From Escherichia phage EC147: a stretch of DNA of 46,060 bases. The stretch lies in the sequence record ON185589.1; one strand, 5' to 3'. Within the stretch, counting starts at the first letter, position 1. The number at the start of each line of letters is the position of its first letter. Positions 38,105 to 45,420 of this stretch are shown here, in pieces. The translations under genes and the position numbers were made by a program. The notes beneath the pieces are model-generated. The model ran no database searches, was not told the origin of the DNA, and was given only the letters and a program-made list of their open reading frames with translations.

Positions 38105-38810
38105 TTGCGTTTGCTTCAAAGACGGCGCGAGCAAAGCCGCGCGGAGTGAGGGAGCGGATCATCTTTGTGCGCGATGATTTTCCGCCAGTTTTGGCCCAGC
38201 CAGGATTATCCTTGTCGTCCTCTTTCGGAAGGATTGTTGCGCGCGGAGGAATAACAAAGCCGTTGCCAGTCCAAAGGCATGTTTTCTTAAAGTAGCGATC
38301 CCGCGCCGGAATAATATCAGGGAAGTCGGGATGTTTATCATCTTCCGGCAGATAGCCAGCGTAATCGCACGGATGGAACGTATAATCAGGCTTACGCCAT
38401 AACGTTGACAGCTTGCCTACAGGATTTTCGATCATGTAAGGAACGCCGAAATAATCAGCGATATGCGCCGCGATTCTGCAAGTGTCGGCGGCCTCATCCT
38501 GGAAAGAGGGGTTCTCAAGGCGTTTTTTGGACCAATGGCGAGATCCGCTATTTGCAAGGTCAGTGCACGGCGGAAATGCCATAATGAAATCAGGCTTACC
38601 CCAATTTTCAAGTTTTGCGGTATATTTGAATAGCTCATCAATCCACACATTAACGTAAAAAATATTATCATGGATTATGCGCACTGATTGGTAATCTCCG
38701 TGATCGGCATCATCGTAATTAAAGCAAATGCATTTATATCCAGCATCAGCCCAATCTTTAACGGCTTTACCAGATCCATCAAACAAAGAGAATATTAAAC
38801 CTTTATACAT
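38100..38810 (-). CDS. compact DNA (cytosine-5) methyltransferase-like protein
   Basis: 236 aa; motif I-like FSLFDGSG, motif IV-like FPPCTD (Pro-Cys), motif VI-like IENPVG; too short for a canonical target-recognition domain. Confidence 0.5.
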   Translation of the reverse strand: MYKGLIFSLFDGSGKAVKDWADAGYKCICFNYDDADHGDYQSVRIIHDNIFYVNVWIDELFKYTAKLENWGKPDFIMAFPPCTDLANSGSRHWSKKRLENPSFQDEAADTCRIAAHIADYFGVPYMIENPVGKLSTLWRKPDYTFHPCDYAGYLPEDDKHPDFPDIIPARDRYFKKTCLWTGNGFVIPPRATILPKEDDKDNPGWAKTGGKSSRTKMIRSLTPRGFARAVFEANAK

Positions 38811-38819
38811 TTCATCACC

Positions 38820-39011
38820 TCAAAACGGAAAGCATCGCGGGCAGTTAGGATCAAAATTGCAGCCGCAATCATTGACAATCATAGTTGGATCTGCAAATGC
38901 AGCGCCGCATTCATGATCCATATCCATTTCACCCAACGCATCATCAAGCGTCCTGATCTTATATGCAACTTCAAGCGCTGCCTCTTTATTTAATCCGGCA
39001 TCTTCAGCCAT
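38820..39011 (-). CDS. small Cys-rich protein (possible zinc-binding)
   Basis: 63 aa; HECG..DCGCNFDPNCPRC; stop lies 7 nt before the start of the methyltransferase-like gene. Confidence 0.45.
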   Translation of the reverse strand: MAEDAGLNKEAALEVAYKIRTLDDALGEMDMDHECGAAFADPTMIVNDCGCNFDPNCPRCFPF

Positions 39012-39040
39012 TTGCAGGCGCTCAAAAAATCCGTCCTAAC

Positions 39041-39154
39041 TCATTTCATAAACTCCTTGATAACAACAATAATAATAGCAAGACCAGCAGTGACAACCAA
39101 AAGACCAGCAAGGCCAATCATCACTCCAAATAAAATATCAAGAAATTTCATCAT
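39041..39154 (-). CDS. possible 37-aa hydrophobic membrane peptide
   Basis: MMKFLDILFGVMIGLAGLLVVTAGLAIIIVVIKEFMK; RBS AAGGTGA 6 nt upstream; below ORF-track cutoff. Confidence 0.4.
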   Translation of the reverse strand: MMKFLDILFGVMIGLAGLLVVTAGLAIIIVVIKEFMK

Positions 39155-39201
39155 TATTATCACCTTTATTTAAAGGGAGGCGAAAACCTCCCGTTCATTA
39201 A

Positions 39202-39429
39202 TTAGACAGCCTTCCAGCTTTCAATGAACATGCTGTTCTCTTCAAGAAGTTTAATCAATTCTTCGCGTGTATATTTGCGGATTTTACTACCAGGATGCGA
39301 GCCAACAACAAACACGCCTTTACCGCTTGTTATTGTCAACTGGTTGATTCCGCAAGATTTATCCATTTTCACAGCGACGCGGTGATGTGCATCAACAGTG
39401 TGCATGATGTTAGTGACTTTAGCTTTCAT
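39202..39429 (-). CDS. hypothetical protein
   Basis: ATG 39429 after GAGGA (ORF track extends into the promoter); 75 aa. Confidence 0.5.
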   Translation of the reverse strand: MKAKVTNIMHTVDAHHRVAVKMDKSCGINQLTITSGKGVFVVGSHPGSKIRKYTREELIKLLEENSMFIESWKAV

Positions 39430-39459
39430 TATGCAATCCTCATTATATTCGGTGTGGTA

Positions 39460-39502
39460 ACTATACCAAGTTTGCGAAATATTGTTTAACAATTCGTGCT
39501 AT
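39460..39502 (-). promoter_or_regulatory. conserved element variant + N18 + TATAGT
   Basis: minus-strand ATAGCACGAATTGTTAAAC + 18 nt + TATAGT. Confidence 0.5.
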
Positions 39503-39603
39503 CAGTTGAAATAGCTATGGCGCTTTGCTCGCTTGTCGTCTCCGCCATAATGATCATTAGAAACGGCAATCATCCAGGCATTATGGAATATTATTAACTT
39601 CAT

Positions 39604-39885
39604 CTAATTAATACCCACCACGTTAAAACTTACAGCTTTTGTTGCGCCAAATACATACGCCTCAACAGCGCCGCCAAATACGCGAATTTTTCCCTGGCCG
39701 TACTGCGCATTCATATTGCGCCAAACCGTTCTATTACAACAGAACGCGTGACCAGTCTTAATAAGCGTATCCATATCTTTTCTTAGATCGCGATAGTCAA
39801 GCCAGAATGTAAAAGCGCGTTGTTTAATTCGCGCCGCCTTGATTGTTTCGATTGCGCTATTGAAATCATTCTTTTCGTATGCCAT
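39604..39885 (-). CDS. hypothetical protein
   Basis: 93 aa; start overlaps stop of upstream gene (TAATG). Confidence 0.45.
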   Translation of the reverse strand: MAYEKNDFNSAIETIKAARIKQRAFTFWLDYRDLRKDMDTLIKTGHAFCCNRTVWRNMNAQYGQGKIRVFGGAVEAYVFGATKAVSFNVVGIN

Positions 39886-40124
39886 TAGATTTTCTCCAAA
39901 TTCTCGATCTTGTTATTGCCAATTGAAGAATGAACGCAACGCTCTTGCGTCTCCTTGTTGCCATGAACATCAATATAATACCCTGGTATAACAGTAAAAA
40001 ACCAATTGCCACGCCAGAAGAAATAAAGGCCGTGCTTGCTTCCTTTCGCGCATTTATTCGCATTTTTAGGTATTGGAAGTCCGTGGACTCGCCGCAATTC
40101 TACATTCTTGTTAAAATTTGGCAT
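39885..40124 (-). CDS. hypothetical protein
   Basis: 79 aa, RBS GGAGG; Trp/Phe-rich. Confidence 0.45.
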   Translation of the reverse strand: MPNFNKNVELRRVHGLPIPKNANKCAKGSKHGLYFFWRGNWFFTVIPGYYIDVHGNKETQERCVHSSIGNNKIENLEKI

Positions 40125-40318
40125 TATACAACCTCCATAAATGTATTAAACCCGCGAAGTTTGAAAGCATCGCCATGTTTAACAACGTTCCATGTCAGGC
40201 CGGAGTGATACGCAACCATATCCTCAAGATCAATTGTGATGATAGCGCCTTTCTTAAAGATTCCTTTCTCGTGAGTGGTGTCACGCTGTACAACTTTAAC
40301 ATCAACCTGTGTTTCCAT
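40124..40318 (-). CDS. hypothetical protein (first gene of minus-strand early operon)
   Basis: 64 aa, RBS GAGGA; promoter element directly upstream. Confidence 0.5.
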   Translation of the reverse strand: METQVDVKVVQRDTTHEKGIFKKGAIITIDLEDMVAYHSGLTWNVVKHGDAFKLRGFNTFMEVV

Positions 40319-40349
40319 TTTTAAATCCTCGTTCGTTGTCGATGCGCTT

Positions 40350-40394
40350 AATATACCAATCAGAGGCGCATCGGTTTTAACAAAAAGTGCTATT
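40350..40394 (-). promoter_or_regulatory. conserved element + N18 + TATATT
   Basis: minus-strand AATAGCACTTTTTGTTAAAAC + 18 nt + TATATT. Confidence 0.55.
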
Positions 40395-40430
40395 TCTCAA
40401 CTGGCGATTATTCCATCTATTCAATTAATC

Positions 40431-40928
40431 AGGAATAACAGGAATAACTTATTCGAGATCACCTTGATTGTGAGATCTTGAGTTTGATCAATTTTAATCA
40501 GTTGATTAACTTTTTGTGTGGAGGGGATAGAGAAACACGGTCCTCTTGCATCCTTTCCGGTAATCCTAGCGCGCGCATCTGTTATCTTCTGTTATCGCTG
40601 TTATGCGTGTTATTCCGGCGTGGAATCGCATAACAAAAAATAACAAGAAAAATCCATATAACATACTAAAAAATAAGGATTATTTATTTATATGTATCTA
40701 TAAATTATTATCTGTTATGTGTGTTATGTGGGTGTATTGATAACTGATGTATTTTTGGTGGTTGTGTGTGGTTGTGTGTTGGTTGGTATGTATATATAGG
40801 GGTGGGGCGTATCCGCGCATTTTTAGATAACACGCAAAAACAACATTGATTTATAAGAAAAAAAACGCGAATCTTGTTATCTTCTGAAAAGATAACATCG
40901 GAAAACCGCCAGTAACAATAAAAAACAG
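40431..40928. repeat. iteron-rich, AT-rich intergenic region (candidate origin / control region)
   Basis: tandem AGGAATAAC x2 (40431-48); GATC x3 (40457-89); palindrome TAATCAGTTGATTA (40495-508); TGTTAT x4 at 9-10 bp period (40580-614); more TGTTATC/GATAACA copies; GTTGTGTGTG x2 (40761-80). Confidence 0.6.
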
Positions 40929-40958
40929 TTGACACGCCAGGTGGCGGTAAATGATAAT
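40929..40958 (+). promoter_or_regulatory. sigma70-like promoter for plus-strand early operon
   Basis: TTGACA (40929-34), 18-nt spacer, GATAAT (40953-58). Confidence 0.5.
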
Positions 40959-40989
40959 GCAGTCACTGAGTCACGAGGGGGTATAAAGC

Positions 40990-41460
40990 ATGAGTGAATC
41001 TGTATTTACAAATGAGCTTCGCAAGGTTGCGATTGCGCTCGCATCTGGATTGCACGAATCGATCCAGATACCTGAAAGATGGGTAAGGCAGCACCTGGAG
41101 GGCAAGAAGTCAGCCAGCAATGCTGGATCATATATCCGTCAGATTATGGGGCGCGTTCCAGAAGTGGCGGAGAAGGGGAGAGTTTCAGTTTCAAAGAAAC
41201 CTTACGGCCCTGATAGCGAATATTTCGGAGAAAATTACTTTGATGTGGCGATTGTTAGTGCGCCGAATCGCAGGGTGTACAATAAGGCCGCGCTTGAGAA
41301 GGCTGTAGCGAAAGCAAAACGCCAGGTTGCTGAGTCGATGCTTAAAGTCTCACCAAACCTAGCGAACTACTCGCCAGATGAATATGAAACACTTGCTAAG
41401 GCGATCGCAGACTTTCACGCGATCATTAAAGAAACATATCTTAACGATGAGGGGCAATAA
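40990..41460 (+). CDS. hypothetical protein
   Basis: 156 aa, RBS GAGGGGG. Confidence 0.5.
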   Translation: MSESVFTNELRKVAIALASGLHESIQIPERWVRQHLEGKKSASNAGSYIRQIMGRVPEVAEKGRVSVSKKPYGPDSEYFGENYFDVAIVSAPNRRVYNKAALEKAVAKAKRQVAESMLKVSPNLANYSPDEYETLAKAIADFHAIIKETYLNDEGQ

Positions 41461-41461
41461 A

Positions 41462-41710
41462 ATGAGCAAACTTACTCTTGATGAACTGATGGAAAAAATT
41501 GATGAAGTGGGCTTTAACAAACTGGTTGATTTCCACTTGACCGCATGTGAAATCACCGCACAGGAGTTTAGCGACATGCTATCTGATGCGAGCGAGATTT
41601 ATACAAGCCTATGCGGAAGAGAAATCAAAGTCATTGAAATTGAAATGCCTGGAGATCCGGTATTTGCAAGGCTTGTGGCTGCATTCGATGAGGAGAATGT
41701 TGGACTCTGA
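41462..41710 (+). CDS. hypothetical protein
   Basis: ATG 41462 after GAGGGG, 1 nt after upstream stop; 82 aa (internal Met of ORF 41378..41710). Confidence 0.5.
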   Translation: MSKLTLDELMEKIDEVGFNKLVDFHLTACEITAQEFSDMLSDASEIYTSLCGREIKVIEIEMPGDPVFARLVAAFDEENVGL

Positions 41711-41715
41711 GCGGA

Positions 41716-41760
41716 AATAGCACTTTTTGTTAAAACGCCAGGCGCAAAACCTGGCATAAT
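41716..41760 (+). promoter_or_regulatory. conserved element + N18 + CATAAT
   Basis: AATAGCACTTTTTGTTAAAAC + GCCAGGCGCAAAACCTGG + CATAAT. Confidence 0.55.
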
Positions 41761-41792
41761 AGCCTCATCGAAACGAGATTGAGGAAACAAAA

Positions 41793-41978
41793 ATGGCACG
41801 TCGCATCACCAAAGACCTTAAAGTCCTGAACAAAGAAAACGTAGTTAAAATCCTGGTTATCTGGGGCTACAACGAAGAAGCAGCAAAGCAGAAGGTAGAG
41901 GCAGGTTATGAACTGGCTGTAAAAGCAATGCCAAACGACGACGCCAAAGGCATTGCAAACTATGTGGCTTTCTTTTAA
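41793..41978 (+). CDS. hypothetical protein
   Basis: 61 aa, RBS GAGGAAA. Confidence 0.45.
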   Translation: MARRITKDLKVLNKENVVKILVIWGYNEEAAKQKVEAGYELAVKAMPNDDAKGIANYVAFF

Positions 41979-41993
41979 TTAGCAGGTGAATAA

Positions 41994-42179
41994 ATGAAAA
42001 CGAAATTAGTCCATAAATCAGAAATCAAGATCGGCGATACTGTGATTCACAACGGCGAGCTTAGAACGGTTGGCAAAGAGTCAATAAGCAAAGATGAATT
42101 TATGGGGATCTTGTTGTTCGGTGACTCTTATCGTCTTGGTTATAAAATGGTTGAGCTTGTGGAAGAGGTAAAATTCTAA
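41994..42179 (+). CDS. hypothetical protein
   Basis: 61 aa, RBS AGGTGA. Confidence 0.45.
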   Translation: MKTKLVHKSEIKIGDTVIHNGELRTVGKESISKDEFMGILLFGDSYRLGYKMVELVEEVKF

Positions 42180-42223
42180 ATAGCACTTTTTGTTAAAACT
42201 CAAAAACGATAACCAGGCATAAT
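42179..42223 (+). promoter_or_regulatory. conserved element + N18 + CATAAT
   Basis: AATAGCACTTTTTGTTAAAAC starting at the last base of the upstream stop; CATAAT 42218-23. Confidence 0.55.
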
Positions 42224-42278
42224 AAATCACATAGGGCGGCACGGCATCGCCCAGTTAAACCAATCAGGAGAAAGCACC

Positions 42279-42596
42279 ATGTTAAAACTTGCTGACATTA
42301 AATACCCGATCACATTCGAATCTCGCGGCGTTGGTCATTTCATGTTTACCGACGAGAAGACATGCACTAAGTTTAACGAATACGGAAGCCCAAACGCTTC
42401 AACAATGGAGATTGAACACTTCATTGAAGCGCACAATAAACACTACAACTCACTCAGAGACTACGCTTACGCAATGCCAGGATACACATGTTTTCACTAC
42501 AAGCCATATAAAGGCCAGGTGTTACCAGTGCGCTCACCGGAACGCGCAGAGATTCCGATGGTCAATATGAAAACCTGCGACTACAAAAAGCTGTGA
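42279..42596 (+). CDS. hypothetical protein (N-terminal domain paralogous to next ORF)
   Basis: 105 aa, RBS AGGAG; ADIKYPITF..AHNK resembles DNIKYPIVF..AHNK of ORF 42622; stop TGA is created inside a 16-bp tandem duplication. Confidence 0.5.
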   Translation: MLKLADIKYPITFESRGVGHFMFTDEKTCTKFNEYGSPNASTMEIEHFIEAHNKHYNSLRDYAYAMPGYTCFHYKPYKGQVLPVRSPERAEIPMVNMKTCDYKKL

Positions 42597-42610
42597 CTAC
42601 AAAAAGCTGT
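42579..42610 (+). repeat. perfect 16-bp tandem duplication (GACTACAAAAAGCTGT x2)
   Basis: copy 1 at 42579-94, copy 2 at 42595-610; spans the stop codon at 42594-96; 16 is not a multiple of 3. Confidence 0.9.
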
Positions 42611-42621
42611 GGTGCTTAAGC

Positions 42622-43176
42622 GTGGATAACATCAAGTATCCGATTGTTTTTCATTGTGGCGGTGGTTCAACAATCAGGTTCACATCGCGCGACAATGGCG
42701 TTTATAGCAATGGTCAGAAATCAGAGTTGAAAGTTGATTTCTTTGTCAACGCTCATAACAAATTCAATCCACACAATAAAGAAGATAAGGTGTACTACGT
42801 GGAAGACATTACAAAACACTTGTTTGGAGAAACACCATTCGGCGGCGGTAAGTCATATTTTGCGCAGGCGATAGATAACGCTGCGCGACGCATTGGTGAG
42901 CAGATTCACAGTCAAACAATTAAGGCGTCTGGTCTTGTTGCGAAAGACGTCGTAAGTCAGGGCGCTATTGAATACATGCCAGTTGCCGCCACGCTAAAAG
43001 GCGTCCAAATTGCGGATGGCACATGGTTTGAATTAACGGCAAAACCAAAGACTATCGAGATTCATGATGACGTTGTTATCCTCCTACTTCACTATGGCGG
43101 CGCTAAAAACCGGACTGTTGCAGGTGAGATCAGCATCAAGCGCGGGACGATGGTTAAGTGGAAGGTCAAAGTGTAA
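42622..43176 (+). CDS. hypothetical protein (GTG start; paralogous N-terminus)
   Basis: 184 aa; no in-frame ATG near the start; GTG at 42622 with GGTG 7 nt upstream; reading frame is continuous with the upstream ORF if one repeat copy is removed. Confidence 0.5.
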   Translation: MDNIKYPIVFHCGGGSTIRFTSRDNGVYSNGQKSELKVDFFVNAHNKFNPHNKEDKVYYVEDITKHLFGETPFGGGKSYFAQAIDNAARRIGEQIHSQTIKASGLVAKDVVSQGAIEYMPVAATLKGVQIADGTWFELTAKPKTIEIHDDVVILLLHYGGAKNRTVAGEISIKRGTMVKWKVKV

Positions 43177-43219
43177 ATAGCACGAATTGTTAAAACTCAA
43201 ATGTGGGGCCAGGTATAAT
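43176..43219 (+). promoter_or_regulatory. conserved element variant + N17 + TATAAT
   Basis: AATAGCACGAATTGTTAAAAC + 17 nt + TATAAT (43214-19). Confidence 0.55.
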
Positions 43220-43249
43220 GGCCCTACTTTCAACGAAGGAGATAAAACG

Positions 43250-43480
43250 ATGTACATTAACAAGAAGATGAAATGCATTTCCGTTAACTATGGTTGCTCT
43301 GGCATGTTCAAGCCTGGCGAAATCTATATGGCGCAAAAGTTGAAATCATCAACCGGATCTTTTTACGTCAGCAACAGTAAAGGACATCGCATGTTCCTGA
43401 ACGGTGGTGAAGGCAATAAGGTTATGGCACACGCTATGGTAATTGCTGAATTTGAAGAGGTGAAAGATGGAAACAAATAA
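43250..43480 (+). CDS. hypothetical protein
   Basis: ATG 43250 after AGGAG (ORF track start 43187 lies in the promoter); 76 aa. Confidence 0.5.
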   Translation: MYINKKMKCISVNYGCSGMFKPGEIYMAQKLKSSTGSFYVSNSKGHRMFLNGGEGNKVMAHAMVIAEFEEVKDGNK

Positions 43481-43688
43481 GCGCGTTAAGCACAAGTTTA
43501 TTGATAATCATCGCGATGCACTTGAGGTATATAAGGTTGGTGATCTCGTGTTTATTGATGGCACGTTTGAAGGTGGACGCAGGCCTGATTTTAGGTCGAT
43601 ACTTACCGTTGACCAAGTGCGCAAGCTGGCGGATAAGTTAAATGATCTGGCAGATGAAATCGAATACAAGCAAATCCATTTTAATTGA
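43467..43688 (+). CDS. hypothetical protein
   Basis: 73 aa, RBS GAGGTGA; overlaps upstream ORF. Confidence 0.45.
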   Translation: METNKRVKHKFIDNHRDALEVYKVGDLVFIDGTFEGGRRPDFRSILTVDQVRKLADKLNDLADEIEYKQIHFN

Positions 43689-43699
43689 TAGGTTTGATA

Positions 43700-44173
43700 A
43701 TGAAAAAATACACTTTCGAACTGTGGGGCAAGAAGTACGAATTAATGACCAGTAAGCCGATTGTTATCGTTGACCTGGACGGCACACTATCGGACGGATC
43801 GCATCGTTTGCATTTGCTGCCAACTGAAAACTTGCACCTTACGGAATCGTGGCGCGAGTTTAACAGGGCCGCCGCCGGAGATTCACCGATTAAAAGCTAT
43901 CGTAAAATGTTGATTAACGCATTCGAAAAGGCAGCGCTTGAGCGTGGTTGGAATGACTCATTTCACACAGCAAACTGTATCCGCCGTTACGGATTCAAGA
44001 ATTGCCGCTCATGGGCGCGTGAAATGGCTTCATGGTATGATCTTGATGCGCATTACCTTGATATGGATTGCGCCCTGGTTGAAATGATTGAACAGGCAGC
44101 ATTAGAGGATCGACCATTAACGCAATCTGATTTTGACGATTTTGTGCGCGATGAAATTTATTATATGAGCTAA
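43700..44173 (+). CDS. HAD-superfamily phosphatase (polynucleotide 3'-phosphatase-like)
   Basis: HAD motif I VIVDLDGTLSDG (DxDGT); ATG 43700 (ORF track 43685 is TTG); 157 aa. Confidence 0.55.
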   Translation: MKKYTFELWGKKYELMTSKPIVIVDLDGTLSDGSHRLHLLPTENLHLTESWREFNRAAAGDSPIKSYRKMLINAFEKAALERGWNDSFHTANCIRRYGFKNCRSWAREMASWYDLDAHYLDMDCALVEMIEQAALEDRPLTQSDFDDFVRDEIYYMS

Positions 44174-44216
44174 TAGCACTTTTTGTTAAAACTTCCGCGA
44201 GGGCATTTGTTAAAGT
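44172..44216 (+). promoter_or_regulatory. conserved element + N18 + TAAAGT (weaker -10)
   Basis: AATAGCACTTTTTGTTAAAAC overlapping the upstream stop TAA; TAAAGT at 44211-16. Confidence 0.45.
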
Positions 44217-44248
44217 GTCCTCATTGAAGCGAAACAGAGGAAATCAAA

Positions 44249-44461
44249 ATGAAAATTCGAATCACCAGGGTTGACATTGACCGCAACGACGGAAGCATTA
44301 CCCTTGAGCAATGCGGGTTCAAAGTTGGTGACATTGTAGAGGTTGACGGATTCTTTTGCGATGGTTCTTACTGCGTGTTAGCAATCCGCAACACAGAAGA
44401 AATTCGAATCGGTGATAACATCGGCGTAAATCATGACGAATGCGAGGTAGTAGAAGAATGA
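44249..44461 (+). CDS. hypothetical protein
   Basis: 70 aa, RBS AGAGGAAA. Confidence 0.45.
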   Translation: MKIRITRVDIDRNDGSITLEQCGFKVGDIVEVDGFFCDGSYCVLAIRNTEEIRIGDNIGVNHDECEVVEE

Positions 44462-44691
44462 TCACGATTAACCTTTCAGAGAAGCAAGCATATCAAGTGA
44501 TGCGCTACATTTCTGGCTTTGGTATGGAAGGCGCTATGGGTGAAGTTGCGGATCAGATTTGCCGTCAACTTACACCAGCACCAACGCGAGCGGCAGAAAC
44601 TGCCGCATGGCGCAACGAGGCTGGATACATCCAGAAAGCTATTGAAGACTGGAAGCGCAAAAACGAGACTGCGGAGGATGCAGGATTATGA
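44458..44691 (+). CDS. hypothetical protein
   Basis: ATG 44458 after GAGGTAG, ATGA overlap with upstream stop; 77 aa. Confidence 0.45.
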   Translation: MITINLSEKQAYQVMRYISGFGMEGAMGEVADQICRQLTPAPTRAAETAAWRNEAGYIQKAIEDWKRKNETAEDAGL

Positions 44692-45002
44692 TTTACATTC
44701 ACTACTACCAGATCGGGACAAACGAAAACAAGCAGGAGCGCAGAGCAATTTGTGACACGCTCGACGATGCGAAAGCACAGCAACGCGTTTTGGGTGGCGT
44801 AATTCAGGCTTTTGAGTCAGTGGAAGACATAGAGCACCGAGAGCATTTGAAAGAGATTGTTGTTGATGAAATTTCATCACTAATCGACGACATGACAAAT
44901 CACGGGCCTGGTTCTCCGTGGGAAGAAGCCGGATCGACGGAGTGGGATTGCGCTAAAGTTGCAACGCTTAACAACTTTCGTGAGTTGCTCGACGATTTTT
45001 AA
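44688..45002 (+). CDS. hypothetical acidic protein
   Basis: 104 aa; ATGA overlap with upstream gene. Confidence 0.45.
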   Translation: MIYIHYYQIGTNENKQERRAICDTLDDAKAQQRVLGGVIQAFESVEDIEHREHLKEIVVDEISSLIDDMTNHGPGSPWEEAGSTEWDCAKVATLNNFRELLDDF

Positions 45003-45011
45003 TTAAAATTG

Positions 45012-45058
45012 AATGCCTCATACAGCGAACAGGACGCATTTTGACGAGGCATTTTTTA
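45012..45058 (+). terminator. terminator-like hairpin
   Basis: AATGCCTC..GAGGCATT (8-bp stem, long loop) followed by TTTTTT. Confidence 0.45.
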
Positions 45059-45064
45059 GGTAAG

Positions 45065-45190
45065 GTGATTCACATAAAACCGTCGCAGTGGTGCGCACAG
45101 AAGCAAGAGGAAGCATTAGAACGCGGCGACACTGAAACGGCAATGCACTATTTCGAAATGTACAACTTGTGGAAGGGTAGAGGTCTGTAA
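45065..45190 (+). CDS. possible small protein (41 aa, GTG start)
   Basis: GTG after AGGTAA; stop overlaps ATG of next gene (TAATG); below ORF-track cutoff. Confidence 0.25.
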   Translation: MIHIKPSQWCAQKQEEALERGDTETAMHYFEMYNLWKGRGL

Positions 45191-45420
45191 TGTTTGGAAT
45201 GAACGAGACACAATTCAACGCTGCAAAACGCCAGGCCAAGAAGTGCGGCGAGGCAATGAAGGCGGATGTTGAAAAGCGCGGGAAGTATGTTGATGAAGTT
45301 ATGAAGGGCATTATTGCCGAACATTATCAGCCAGTTGCGCCAATGCTGACAATTACCCAATTCATCTGGTTGTGTGGTTATCTTCGTGGGCGATGGGGAA
45401 ACGCATTTGACCGCGAATGA
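45190..45420 (+). CDS. hypothetical protein
   Basis: 76 aa, RBS GGTAGAGG; preferred over overlapping minus-strand ORFs. Confidence 0.5.
   Translation: MFGMNETQFNAAKRQAKKCGEAMKADVEKRGKYVDEVMKGIIAEHYQPVAPMLTITQFIWLCGYLRGRWGNAFDRE

Noticed and set aside
40579-40616. Possible CRISPR array suggested by the short periodic repeats
   Set aside because: Repeat unit is only 6-7 bp at 9-10 bp period with no spacers of 25 bp or more and no cas genes; it fits iterons.
45018-45360. Minus-strand ORFs 45018..45311 and 45148..45360
   Set aside because: Overlap a plus-strand ORF that has a strong RBS and coupling; the whole block is plus-strand transcribed.
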